A stretch of 64,000 nt of DNA from Chloroflexota bacterium. GTDB lineage: Bacteria > Chloroflexota > UBA11872 > VXOZ01. The stretch is taken from contig OZ244922.1 in the NCBI GenBank assembly GCA_965221905.1, forward strand, positions 1,760,001-1,824,000, read 5' to 3'. A model generated the notes under the pieces. The model did not search any database. It had not been told where the DNA came from and saw nothing but the letters and a program-made list of their open reading frames with translations. The translations under genes were made by a program, and so were the position numbers. Shown one piece after another: positions 48,827 to 58,134 of this stretch; the first letter of the stretch is position 1; every line of letters begins with the position of its first letter.

Positions 48827-50137
48827 CTATCTGCGCGTAATATCCGGATGGGTGGTGGCAGCGATTTCGCCAACGGCACTTGCAAGGCCCCCGGCTTCGC
48901 GTGCGCGGCGCAGCTCGTGCAAGGTGTCCTCAATTACAGCGACCGTCTGTGCGATGTCGTCTTCGGTATGCGAGAACGTGATGAAATTCACGCCGCCGCG
49001 CCGGATGAGCAAGCCGCGCTGGGCGCAACCGGCCAGGAGAAATCGCCACATTAGGCCCTCTTCTTCAGCGTCCCTGGCATCGAGGAAGCGTTCACCGGAA
49101 ATTTGCGCCAGACCGTAGGCCTCGAGGGCCACTCCGGCACGCCTCGCCGCAGCGTTGATACCGTCCTTGAGCAATTCTCCGGACCGGTGAAGTTGCTCCT
49201 GGACGTTCTGCTCGCGTAAGATGGTCATCGTCGCCACTGCAGCGGCGAGTGACAGCGCTTCGCCTCCGTACGTAATGCTGATGAGGCAGTTTTCGGCCGT
49301 CTTCATTACTTCCTTGCTGCCAACTACCGCAGCCAGCGGCATGCCGTTCGCCATGGCTTTGGCAAACGTGGCAAGATCCGGCGTAACGCCAAAGTACTCT
49401 TGCGCTCCGCCCATGGCAAGGCGGAAACCGGTGACGATCTCATCATAGATAACGAGCGCGCCATGCTTGTGCGCCAAGTCGTTCAGCGCCTGGAGATAGC
49501 CGGGCTGCGGCTCCTTGCCCATAGATGCCGCATCTAGAGCAACGGCCGCGATCTTGTTGTCATGAGCGCGAAAGAGATCCTCGAGGTGATTGAGATCGTT
49601 GAAGCGAAACGGCTTGACAGACGATTCCAGAGCGGTGGGAATGCCGCCGTCATTGCGGTCGGCGTTCCAGCCGTCCGACCAACCGCGATAGCCGTTGTTG
49701 AGAATTACTTCGCGCTTGGTGTAGGCGCGGGCGATGCGTGCCGCCGCGTTATTCGCCTCGGCGCCGCCTTTGAGGAAACGTACCATTTCGGCGGCCGGTA
49801 CGGCGTCGATGAGGCAGTCTGCCGCCGCGACCTCTAGCGGTGAAAGCAACCCGTAGATTATGCCTTTGCTGAGTTGCTCGGCAATGGCAGCATCTACTTC
49901 CGGGTAGCAATAGCCCAGCACGATGGGGCCGAGCCCGTTCACGAAGTCGATGTACTCGTTCCCATCTATGTCCCATATATGAGAGCCGCTGGCTCGCGAC
50001 GCATAGATCGGGTAGGCGCCATAGGCATACGCGCTTGGACGCTTGCTCATAGTCTGCGTGCCGCCGGCCACTACGTCTTGGGCGTGAGAATATAACTCCA
50101 GGGACTCAGTGAATTGGACCATAGTTTTCTGTGCCAT
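48827..50137 (-). CDS. Class III PLP aminotransferase (GSA-aminomutase-like)
   Basis: WDIDGNEYID, GPIVLGY, DEIVTGFR, PDLATFAKAMANGMP. Confidence 0.88.
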   Translation of the reverse strand: MAQKTMVQFTESLELYSHAQDVVAGGTQTMSKRPSAYAYGAYPIYASRASGSHIWDIDGNEYIDFVNGLGPIVLGYCYPEVDAAIAEQLSKGIIYGLLSPLEVAAADCLIDAVPAAEMVRFLKGGAEANNAAARIARAYTKREVILNNGYRGWSDGWNADRNDGGIPTALESSVKPFRFNDLNHLEDLFRAHDNKIAAVALDAASMGKEPQPGYLQALNDLAHKHGALVIYDEIVTGFRLAMGGAQEYFGVTPDLATFAKAMANGMPLAAVVGSKEVMKTAENCLISITYGGEALSLAAAVATMTILREQNVQEQLHRSGELLKDGINAAARRAGVALEAYGLAQISGERFLDARDAEEEGLMWRFLLAGCAQRGLLIRRGGVNFITFSHTEDDIAQTVAVIEDTLHELRRAREAGGLASAVGEIAATTHPDITRR

Positions 50138-50143
50138 CGCCGA

Positions 50144-51079
50144 TTACTCCTTTTCCGCCGCACTCGCGGCAGCGGATGCGTGTCGCGGATGACCGTTTGC
50201 TATCCAGTTGCCGGGCTCTGTTAGTTTGCCGTAAGTTTCTGGCCGGCGGTGCTGCCACATCTGTTCGCGGAAGTTCGCTTCCCCGGACACTCCCATGCTC
50301 CGCACCATGCGGGGTCGATCCAAATCGATCTCTGCCACCGCAGTACCCCAGTAGCGCCCCAGATCAGCCAGTGCGATGCCGTCCGGCCCAATGACGCTGC
50401 TCCGATTCAGGCACATGCCGGGCATCCAAGGGGCATCGTCATCGATACCGTTGTTTACGGGGCAGACGTAAACACAGTTGTCAATTGCCCGCGACTGAAT
50501 GACCGCTTCCCAGCCGACCTCACCATACATGCCGTAGACCGTCGGGTGAAAGATAATTTCGGCTCCCTGCAAGGCGAGAATGCGAAAGCCTTCAGGGAAG
50601 TTTACGTCGTAGCAGATCGTCACGCCGATCTTGCCAAAATCAAGCTCGAATACCGGCCAATCACGTCCAGGGACAATTCCCCACTCATAGCGTTCGACAT
50701 CAGTTAGGTGGACCTTCTGGTAACCGCAAATATAGTTGCCCGTACGGTCGAAGACCATCGCCAGGTTGCGGCGTTCGCCTTCCTCGACGGCCAATATCGG
50801 CGCCACTACGTTGATGCCGTAGCGCTGGGCCACCTGAGACATGCGGTCGAAGGTCGGGCCTCCCGGCACTTCCTCAAACCACTCCCCAGCCTTACCGGCG
50901 CGGTTAATGCCTTTCACGTGAAAGACTTCGGGAAGGCAGGCAATGTCGGCCTGGCGCTCCGCCGCGCGGGCGATGAGCTCCTCGGCCACGTTCAGGTTAT
51001 AGTTGCGCTTCTCGTTGTCAGAATCTTCCGGCACGCGGAGCGGCGTGGAACAAACTGCCACTCGTACAGTCCGCGGCAT
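50144..51079 (-). CDS. Carbon-nitrogen hydrolase (nitrilase superfamily)
   Basis: Glu-Lys-Cys triad: LPE, YQKVHL, ICYD; RAIDN. Confidence 0.92.
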   Translation of the reverse strand: MPRTVRVAVCSTPLRVPEDSDNEKRNYNLNVAEELIARAAERQADIACLPEVFHVKGINRAGKAGEWFEEVPGGPTFDRMSQVAQRYGINVVAPILAVEEGERRNLAMVFDRTGNYICGYQKVHLTDVERYEWGIVPGRDWPVFELDFGKIGVTICYDVNFPEGFRILALQGAEIIFHPTVYGMYGEVGWEAVIQSRAIDNCVYVCPVNNGIDDDAPWMPGMCLNRSSVIGPDGIALADLGRYWGTAVAEIDLDRPRMVRSMGVSGEANFREQMWQHRRPETYGKLTEPGNWIANGHPRHASAAASAAEKE

Positions 51080-51287
51080 CGAGACCTCCTTGGAAACCGT
51101 CCATGCACTAGTCTACAGTACAAGAGAGCGCGTTACTTGTCATCTTCCGACACGGTTGGAAGGGTACGCATACTTGCTTGACGGTTGGCCGGCGGTTTGA
51201 CACCATCTTCCTGTCTGTCCAGCGGATTCGCAAGTAAGTGACGGGTCTACTCTCATTGTTGGTTGACTGCATCGAGAGAGCTGAGAA

Positions 51288-52508
51288 ATGCGCCTTCGTG
51301 AAGTGATTTCCTACTTCTTCGTGCTTGGGTGCGTTGCGTTTGGCGGTCCGGCTGCCCACGTGGCGATGATGCATCGTGAGTTGGTGGAGCGAAAAAAATG
51401 GCTTACTGAGCAGCAGTTCGTCGACCTGTGGGCAGCAACCAATCTCATTCCGGGCCCTAACTCCACCGAGATGGCGATCCACATTTCTTCACAGCGGAGC
51501 GGTTGGCGCGGCCTGATCGGGGGCGGCATCGCCTTTATCCTGCCCGCAGCGCTCATGGTGACCGTTCTTGCCTGGGCCTACACCGAATTCGGTCACCTGC
51601 CGCAAGCGGCGTGGATTCTTTACGGGGTCAAGCCGGTCGTCATTGCTATCATTGTGCATGCACTGTTTGGGCTGTACAGAACCGCATGGCGCAGCGTTCC
51701 GCTCGCTTTCCTCGGAATCGTAGCGGGTGTACTCGCGCTGATGGGCATCAATGAGCTTCTTGTGCTCTTCGGCAGCGGCGTGCTTGTGGCAATAATCGCG
51801 ACTCTTCGTGGCAAACTGCCGAACATCGTGGGCAAGAACAGCTTGCTGGCCCTGCCTCTTGCTTCGCTCGCCTCGGTCTCCCCTCTCGCCAAACCGCTGC
51901 TTGGGCTCCCAACCGTGTTGTTCGTTCCCGTCGCCGCGCCTTTCGGCCTCGGGCAACTCTTTCTGACCTTTCTCAAGATCGGTGCCGTGCTCTATGGCAG
52001 TGGATATGTGTTGCTGGCATTCTTGCATGGCAATTTCGTTGAAGGTCTCGGTTGGCTCGGCGAAGACCAGTTAATCGACGCGGTAGCCGTGGGACAGCTA
52101 ACGCCCGGCCCGCTCTTCACGACCGCGTCTTTCGTGGGCTATATCATCGGGCACGAGTACCTTGGCACCACCCAAGGCGCGCTGCTGGCGAGCGCTTTGG
52201 CGACTGTTGGCATCTTCTTGCCCTCGTTTCTGTTCGTCGCGGCGGTGAATCCCTGGGTTCCAAAACTGCGAAGTTCAAAGGTGTTCAGTACCGTGCTGGA
52301 CGGGGTCGTGAGTGCGGCAATCGGACTGATGGGAGCCGTGGCAATATTCCTCGGACAGGCGGCACTCATAGACATTCCGACCGTCATAGCTGCGGGACTT
52401 GTGCTGGCATTGCTGTGGCGAACAAAGATCAACTCCGTTTGGCTGATTCTTGGTGGAGCAGTGTTCGGCGTGGCGGTGCAACTAGCGCAGCCGTACGTAT
52501 TCCCATAG
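51288..52508 (+). CDS. chrA: Chromate efflux transporter (long-chain CHR)
   Basis: FGGPAAH, IPGPNSTE, YGSGY, GQLTPGP duplicated halves. Confidence 0.92.
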   Translation: MRLREVISYFFVLGCVAFGGPAAHVAMMHRELVERKKWLTEQQFVDLWAATNLIPGPNSTEMAIHISSQRSGWRGLIGGGIAFILPAALMVTVLAWAYTEFGHLPQAAWILYGVKPVVIAIIVHALFGLYRTAWRSVPLAFLGIVAGVLALMGINELLVLFGSGVLVAIIATLRGKLPNIVGKNSLLALPLASLASVSPLAKPLLGLPTVLFVPVAAPFGLGQLFLTFLKIGAVLYGSGYVLLAFLHGNFVEGLGWLGEDQLIDAVAVGQLTPGPLFTTASFVGYIIGHEYLGTTQGALLASALATVGIFLPSFLFVAAVNPWVPKLRSSKVFSTVLDGVVSAAIGLMGAVAIFLGQAALIDIPTVIAAGLVLALLWRTKINSVWLILGGAVFGVAVQLAQPYVFP

Positions 52509-52591
52509 CTGTTTTGGGTCAAGCATCGATGGATTGCGAATGATAGAATAGAGACGAATCAGGAATTAGCAAGAAAGAGGAGTGGGCCATC

Positions 52592-53359
52592 ATGCAGCAA
52601 GTAATGCTCGGAAACTCCGGAATTGAAGTCTCCCGCCTTTGCATCGGCACCGGCACGGTTGGATGGAGTGGCTCGTCGAACCAAACGCGTAAGCTTGGCA
52701 CGGAAGGGCTGATTGACCTCCTCTGCTATGCCTATGATTCCGGTGTGCGCTTCTGGGATACTGCCGATCAATATGGTTCTCATCCCCACGTGCGGGAAGC
52801 CTTGCGCAGGCTGCCCCGCGACCAGGTAGTAATCACGACCAAGACCACGTCACGTACCCCGGCCGGCGTGCGAGATGACGTTGAACGCTTCTTGCGTGAG
52901 TTGGGCACCGACTATGCCGATATTGTGCTCTTGCACTGCCTCAAGGAGCACGATTGGACAACGCGCTATGAGGACTGCATGGAAGCGCTCACTAAGTGTC
53001 AGTCGGAAGGCTTGATTCGAGCGGTGGGTGTTTCTTGCCACGATTTCGAGGCCTTCAAGCTGGCAGCCATTACCCCCTGGGTAGAGGTAGTGCTTGCGCG
53101 TATCAACTATGCCGGCGTCATCATGGATGCCTCTCCCGAAGAGGTAATTCCGGTAATGGACGAGATGTCTGCGAATGGCAAGGGCATCTATGGGATGAAG
53201 GTCTATGGAGCAGGCAAGCTCCTGGACGATCGTCGACGGGCGCTCGGTTATGTGCTCGATCTTCCCAGCGTTGACGCGGTCGTACTGGGCATGGAGAACA
53301 AGGCAGAGGTTGACGAAAACGTCGAACTCATCGAAGAGCTAGCGGGCGTTCCGGTCTAG
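52592..53359 (+). CDS. Aldo/keto reductase
   Basis: LGNSG..VSRL..GT, DTADQYG, TTK, DIVLLH, GVSCH, GMK. Confidence 0.9.
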   Translation: MQQVMLGNSGIEVSRLCIGTGTVGWSGSSNQTRKLGTEGLIDLLCYAYDSGVRFWDTADQYGSHPHVREALRRLPRDQVVITTKTTSRTPAGVRDDVERFLRELGTDYADIVLLHCLKEHDWTTRYEDCMEALTKCQSEGLIRAVGVSCHDFEAFKLAAITPWVEVVLARINYAGVIMDASPEEVIPVMDEMSANGKGIYGMKVYGAGKLLDDRRRALGYVLDLPSVDAVVLGMENKAEVDENVELIEELAGVPV

Positions 53360-53397
53360 AGGGCGCTCTGTCTGCTCACGAATGCCTATGCCCACCT

Positions 53398-54684
53398 TCA
53401 AGCGTACCCCAGGTTAGCGTCGCCGCCAGCACGCAGTTGCTCAAGCCTCGGCATGAGGTCGGCTTCTGCTATGTGCTCTTGCGTGCTTGATTGCAGGTCT
53501 CGCAGCAAGACCTGTCCTTCCGCCAGTTCGTCATCACCGACAATCACGGCGTAGTTCGCCGCGAGGTTTCCAGCCTGGCGTAGTTGGGCCTTGAGGCTGC
53601 GCGGCCGGTAGGTCATAAGCGCGCGGATACCTCGCTGCCGCAGGTTGTTCACCAAGCCAATGCCGTAGATTCCGGCTGGCTCGCCGAGTGTCGCCACATA
53701 CACGCCGAAAGGCCGGTCGTCAGCAGGCGCGACGCCCTGGCGCTGCAGATTCAGTATGATGCGCTCGATACCTGTGCCAAAGCCGATGCCGGGCAGGTCG
53801 CGCTTGCCGATCTGCCCTGCGAGGCCGTCGTAGCGGCCGCCGCCGCCCAGCGCGCTCTGCCGCCCCACCGTTTCCGGCCACACTTCGAAGACGGTGCGCG
53901 TATAGTAGTCCAGACCGCGTACCAACGTGTGATTCAGCGTGTAGCTAATGCCCATGGCCTCCAGGGAGCGCTTGAGCGTGCCGAAATGCGCGTCACAATC
54001 GGCGCAGAGGCTGTCCAGCGTGTGTGGCGCCTCATGGATGAAGGACTGACACGAGTCCTCTTTGCAGTCGAGAAGGCGCAATGGATTGCGCTCCAAACGA
54101 TTTTGGCAGTTTTCGCAGAGCTCATTGGCGTGAGAGCGATAGTACGCCGCCAGTTCTGTCATGTACTGCGGACGGCATGCGGCATCGCCAATACTGTTGA
54201 GTTGCAAAGAGATGCCGGTCAGGCCGACGCTGCGATAGAGGTGTAAGAGTAGGCTGATGATTTCCGCGTCGATTGTTGCGGATTCCTCACCAAGCGCTTC
54301 CACGCCGAATTGATGATGCTGGCGCAATCGCCCTGCCTGCGGCCGGTCATAGCGAAATATCGAAGCAATGTAGCTGAGCTTTACCGGCTGAGGCAACCGA
54401 TGCATGCCGTGTTCCAGGTAGGCGCGCACCACCGGCGCAGTGCCCTCCGGACGCAGAGTCAGGCTGTCGCCGCCACGATCCGAGAACGTGTACATTTCCT
54501 TCTCAACGATGTCCGTACCTTCGCCTACGGTACGTTGGAAGAGCCGCGTGTCCTCGAATACCGGCGTGCGAATTTCGCCATAGCCGAAAGCGGTGCATGT
54601 CTGCTTGAAGTGAGCCGTTACGTAGTTCCAATACGCTTGCTCATCGGGAAGCAGGTCGGTTGTGCCTCGTGGGGTTTGCAGCAA
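53398..54684 (-). CDS. hisS: Histidine--tRNA ligase
   Basis: PRGT.D, KEMYTF, LRPEGTA, RYDRPQAGR, LVRGLDYY, GGGRYD. Confidence 0.97.
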   Translation of the reverse strand: MLQTPRGTTDLLPDEQAYWNYVTAHFKQTCTAFGYGEIRTPVFEDTRLFQRTVGEGTDIVEKEMYTFSDRGGDSLTLRPEGTAPVVRAYLEHGMHRLPQPVKLSYIASIFRYDRPQAGRLRQHHQFGVEALGEESATIDAEIISLLLHLYRSVGLTGISLQLNSIGDAACRPQYMTELAAYYRSHANELCENCQNRLERNPLRLLDCKEDSCQSFIHEAPHTLDSLCADCDAHFGTLKRSLEAMGISYTLNHTLVRGLDYYTRTVFEVWPETVGRQSALGGGGRYDGLAGQIGKRDLPGIGFGTGIERIILNLQRQGVAPADDRPFGVYVATLGEPAGIYGIGLVNNLRQRGIRALMTYRPRSLKAQLRQAGNLAANYAVIVGDDELAEGQVLLRDLQSSTQEHIAEADLMPRLEQLRAGGDANLGYA

Positions 54685-54687
54685 GTG

Positions 54688-55002
54688 TTACTCTCCTGTC
54701 CGTAATGCGCCAATCCGGCGCGATACACCGGCAGCCTTAAGGCCTTTCACAAGGAGCACCTTCCGCCGCGAGGTAGCGCCGCGCAGCAGCAAGACGTCAG
54801 CCTTGGGTACGTCAAGCTTCTCGGCAAGAAATCGTATCAATTCCGCGTTCGCCTTGCCGTCCACCGGTGGCACCTGCAAACGAACGCACAGCGCGCCATC
54901 GTGTGTACCGGCAAACTCAGTGCGGCGCGCTCGCGGGCGAGCAAGGATAGTCAACTCACAGCCATCCGTGGAGTCCTGTATGTGAAAGGCCGTTCGCGAC
55001 AT
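54688..55002 (-). CDS. yggU: DUF167 (YggU) family protein
   Basis: PPVDGKAN.ELI.FLA, G.TSR.K; context yggS-yggT. Confidence 0.88.
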   Translation of the reverse strand: MSRTAFHIQDSTDGCELTILARPRARRTEFAGTHDGALCVRLQVPPVDGKANAELIRFLAEKLDVPKADVLLLRGATSRRKVLLVKGLKAAGVSRRIGALRTGE

Positions 55003-55005
55003 TGG

Positions 55006-55266
55006 TTAACCGCAAATCAGCAACACCAGAAGCCTTTGAAGAAGCTGGAGCAGGATCAGTGCAACCAACGGTGAGAAGTCGATCATGCCGGTACTTGGCA
55101 TGAAGCGACGTATAGGACCAATGATTGGCTCCGTAATGTCATGGAGCATCGCCACAATGGGGTTGGCCGGGTCCTGGACAAACCATGTAGCCAGCGCGCG
55201 GGCAATGATGGCAAAGATCAGCGCCAGCGTGAGGAACTCAACAAACGTACAAATTACTTCATTCAT
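55006..55266 (-). CDS. yggT: YggT family membrane protein
   Basis: R.L.TW, ITEP...PIRR..P, DFSP. Confidence 0.9.
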   Translation of the reverse strand: MNEVICTFVEFLTLALIFAIIARALATWFVQDPANPIVAMLHDITEPIIGPIRRFMPSTGMIDFSPLVALILLQLLQRLLVLLICG

Positions 55267-55283
55267 TCGTTCTCTGTTTCCAT

Positions 55284-56012
55284 TTACGTGATTTGCAATG
55301 CGCCCACAGACTCGCCTCGGGGCTCAGGAGGCGGTCGCTCGCCAAAAATGGCGCGGCCAACGCGCACGATAGTAGCCCCTTCTTCGATAGCAATTGCGTA
55401 GTCGTTTGTCATGCCCATTGAGAGCTCACGGCAAGGGTGGTCGGGCAGGATTGACTGCAGTTCATCGCGCATTTGCCTCAACATCTGAAACTCGGTGCGA
55501 AGAATTGCTTCATCACTGGTAAATGAGGCAATTGTCATCAATCCGTCAAAACGCAGCGTGGTGTGCGCAGCAACGTTGCGAGCAACAGTTGGCAATTCGC
55601 TGGGCAGAATTCCAAACTGGCTTTCTTTGCCGGTTACGTTTACCTGGAGAAGTATCGGTATGCAACGGTCCAGGCTTGCCGCTTGCCGTGCAAGCGCTTC
55701 GGCCAACCGGTTGCCGTCCACGGACTGGATGATGTCAAAGAGCGCCGCTGCCTGTTTTGCCTTGTTTGATTGAATGTGCCCAATCATATGCCATTCGAGC
55801 GAATCCGGGAGCGCGGGGACCTTCTCCGCCGCTTCCTGCACGCGATTCTCCCCAAATACCCTATGTCCGGCCGCCGCGGCTGCGGAAATCGCTGCCACGC
55901 CAAAGCCCTTCGAAACCGCTATCAATGTTACGTCAGACGGCGAACGTCCCGACCGTTCCGCCGCCTCATCGATGTGGGATTGCACCCGGGCTATGTTGTC
56001 CGCAATGCTCAT
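55284..56012 (-). CDS. yggS: PLP homeostasis protein YggS
   Basis: LIAVSK, FGENRVQE, WHMIGHIQSNK, GLMT, LSMGMT.D, VRVG.AIFG. Confidence 0.95.
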   Translation of the reverse strand: MSIADNIARVQSHIDEAAERSGRSPSDVTLIAVSKGFGVAAISAAAAAGHRVFGENRVQEAAEKVPALPDSLEWHMIGHIQSNKAKQAAALFDIIQSVDGNRLAEALARQAASLDRCIPILLQVNVTGKESQFGILPSELPTVARNVAAHTTLRFDGLMTIASFTSDEAILRTEFQMLRQMRDELQSILPDHPCRELSMGMTNDYAIAIEEGATIVRVGRAIFGERPPPEPRGESVGALQIT

Positions 56013-56154
56013 GGTGGCAGTTACTTGCGTTTCCAGTACTCTAGTAAAGTCGCATGAAGTTGGTCTCAACGCCTCTACTTTAGCAAATTTCCGGCAACGA
56101 TGCATACTGGTCGCTCAACAGCACGCTGCAGCAGCTCGCCCCGGCGCAATCCAA

Positions 56155-56229
56155 TAGTCAAAGTGCGCTACCTGGAGTATAATTAATGACGAAATCAAAC
56201 TTGCGTGGAATGAGATAGCATCGCTATCT
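56155..56229 (+). promoter_or_regulatory. sigma70-like promoter and downstream inverted repeat (putative operator) upstream of htpX
   Basis: TAGTCA-17 bp-TATAAT (56155-56183); AGATAGC-atc-GCTATCT at 56213-56229; AT-rich intergenic region. Confidence 0.5.
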
Positions 56230-56306
56230 TTTGGAGATATTGTGTAGGCACTTCCAGATTTCTAAATAAAAACTGTAAATCTCTAATAGTTTCTAGGAGA
56301 ATCTTT

Positions 56307-57209
56307 ATGAAGCAAAAATGGATCGGCGACGGTGGGCTGCAAATTCGCATGCTCATCACGATCTTCCTCCTAGGCGCTGTCTACGTCTTCTTCTTGGCCG
56401 CGTTGTGGTCGCTGGGCGCGGGCGCCATGACCATGCTGGTTTTCGCCGGTGCCATGCTTGGGGCCCAGTATTTCTTCAGCGACAAGATGATTCTGTGGTC
56501 CATGGGCGCAAAAGAGGTGACGCCGGAACAAGCGCCCGATCTTCACGCTACGGTGGAGCGCCTCGCGGCCATGGCGGATATGCCGAAGCCCCGCGTAGCG
56601 ATGGTCGAGCATGCGATGCCGAATGCCTTCGCTACGGGCAGAGACCCTAAGCACGCCGTTGTGGCTGTAACCTCCGGCTTGATACACCAACTGAACCGAG
56701 ACGAGTTGGAGGCTGTACTCGCCCACGAGTTGAGCCACGTGAGGAATCGTGACGTGATGGTTATTACGTTGGCGAGCTTCTTTTCGACCCTGGCATTCAT
56801 GATCATGCGCTTTGGGATGTACATGGGCTTATTTGGGGGCTTTGGCGGCCGGGGCCGCGATAATCAGGGGGGCGCAATAATTATGGTGTATATCGTGGCT
56901 GTGATCGTCTGGGTGATTAGCTTCCTCCTAATCCGGGCACTCTCGCGGTACCGAGAGTACGCTGCCGACCGCGGCTCCGCAATGCTTACGGGTTCCCCGT
57001 CTCACCTTTCTTCGGCCCTGCTCAAGATCAGCGGTCGTATGCAACGAATACCGCAAGACGATCTACGACAGGTGGAAGGGGCCAACGCCTTCTTCATCAT
57101 GCCCGCCATGAGCAAGAATTCCATGATGGGGCTGATTTCAACCCACCCCTCGCTTGAGAATCGCATTAAGCGACTCGCCGAGCTTGAGCAGCAAATGGAG
57201 CGCGCGTAG
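56307..57209 (+). CDS. htpX: Zinc metalloprotease HtpX
   Basis: PNAFATG, HELSH, SRYREYAAD, STHP. Confidence 0.95.
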   Translation: MKQKWIGDGGLQIRMLITIFLLGAVYVFFLAALWSLGAGAMTMLVFAGAMLGAQYFFSDKMILWSMGAKEVTPEQAPDLHATVERLAAMADMPKPRVAMVEHAMPNAFATGRDPKHAVVAVTSGLIHQLNRDELEAVLAHELSHVRNRDVMVITLASFFSTLAFMIMRFGMYMGLFGGFGGRGRDNQGGAIIMVYIVAVIVWVISFLLIRALSRYREYAADRGSAMLTGSPSHLSSALLKISGRMQRIPQDDLRQVEGANAFFIMPAMSKNSMMGLISTHPSLENRIKRLAELEQQMERA

Positions 57210-57778
57210 TGAAGTTCCTGGATGCGCTGCTGGGTCGCAGCCGCCCGGTTCGCTCCCACCTGGAAAGCCTGATGAGCATCTCCACCGCTGCACTCGCCTT
57301 TGCCGCGAGCAATGGGCTGGAGAGCAAGGGCAGTGCCGGTATCTGCTTTCGCGCGTTATCATCAAGCCAGTTTGCAGATCTCCAGCGCGAACTTGCCGAT
57401 CTCCTGGATGTGAGCGGCAGAGAGACGGGCACGGATACCCTGATCAAGAAAGATGCATTTGGCTTCCACTGGGTAGTGCTCCAAGACCCTGACTTCGAGG
57501 ACCTGGTCACCACGATTCATATGGTCAGCCTAACCCTCTCCGAACACGGCTACCGAGATCAGTTGCTGGCTGCGGCTTTCCACTTCGCGGACATGGCAGG
57601 TACGGGTATGTATTGGATCTACAATTACAAACGTGGGTCGTTCTACCCGTTTGCGCCCAACGGTTCGCGCACCCGTGACAACGCTCTTGAGCTCCGGATG
57701 CAAGCAGTGGCCGATCGGGAACTGCCCCTGGAGACCGATCAGTCGAAGTGGTACGCGCTCTGGGAACTGCCTGTGTAG
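57209..57778 (+). CDS. PspA-associated protein PspAB-like
   Basis: D.LLGR..P, D..GF.WV, DLVT..H.V..L..GY..QLL, Y..YNYKRG.FYPF.P, RDN..EL, W.ALW; overlaps htpX stop. Confidence 0.75.
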   Translation: MKFLDALLGRSRPVRSHLESLMSISTAALAFAASNGLESKGSAGICFRALSSSQFADLQRELADLLDVSGRETGTDTLIKKDAFGFHWVVLQDPDFEDLVTTIHMVSLTLSEHGYRDQLLAAAFHFADMAGTGMYWIYNYKRGSFYPFAPNGSRTRDNALELRMQAVADRELPLETDQSKWYALWELPV

Positions 57779-58040
57779 CCCATTTCCAGGTTTGACGGGG
57801 AGTGCGGCTGCGGCCAGGAATCCCCGCGAACCAAATGTCTTTCGGTCGACCACTTGCTCCTTACCCAATAGCTGAAGACCGGCCGTTTATTTTCAAGCTG
57901 AGATTGCCATGGGAGGAACTTGCTAAATGTTCCCCACCGGCATGACAGGAGGGATTGCTGAGGTCGCCCTGAGTGATTTCATCTCTGCGCAAAGGGACTA
58001 CGTACTTCCATACGCACACAACTCGAGTCCATTAACAAAG

Positions 58041-58077
58041 AAAGAGGAGGCAGACATTTAGTCTGCCTCCTCTTTTT
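58041..58077. terminator. Bidirectional intrinsic terminator
   Basis: aaagaggaggcagac-attta-gtctgcctcctcttt perfect 15-bp stem with T-rich tails on both strands, between convergent genes. Confidence 0.85.
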
Positions 58078-58134
58078 GCTTTCCGTTTCATCCCACGCCG
58101 AAGCAGGAATGTCGGTGGAAGGAATAGTGTCTCC

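Noticed and set aside
57927-58061. 44-codon ORF with a GGAGG RBS
   Set aside because: It runs through the strong terminator hairpin and has no recognisable protein features
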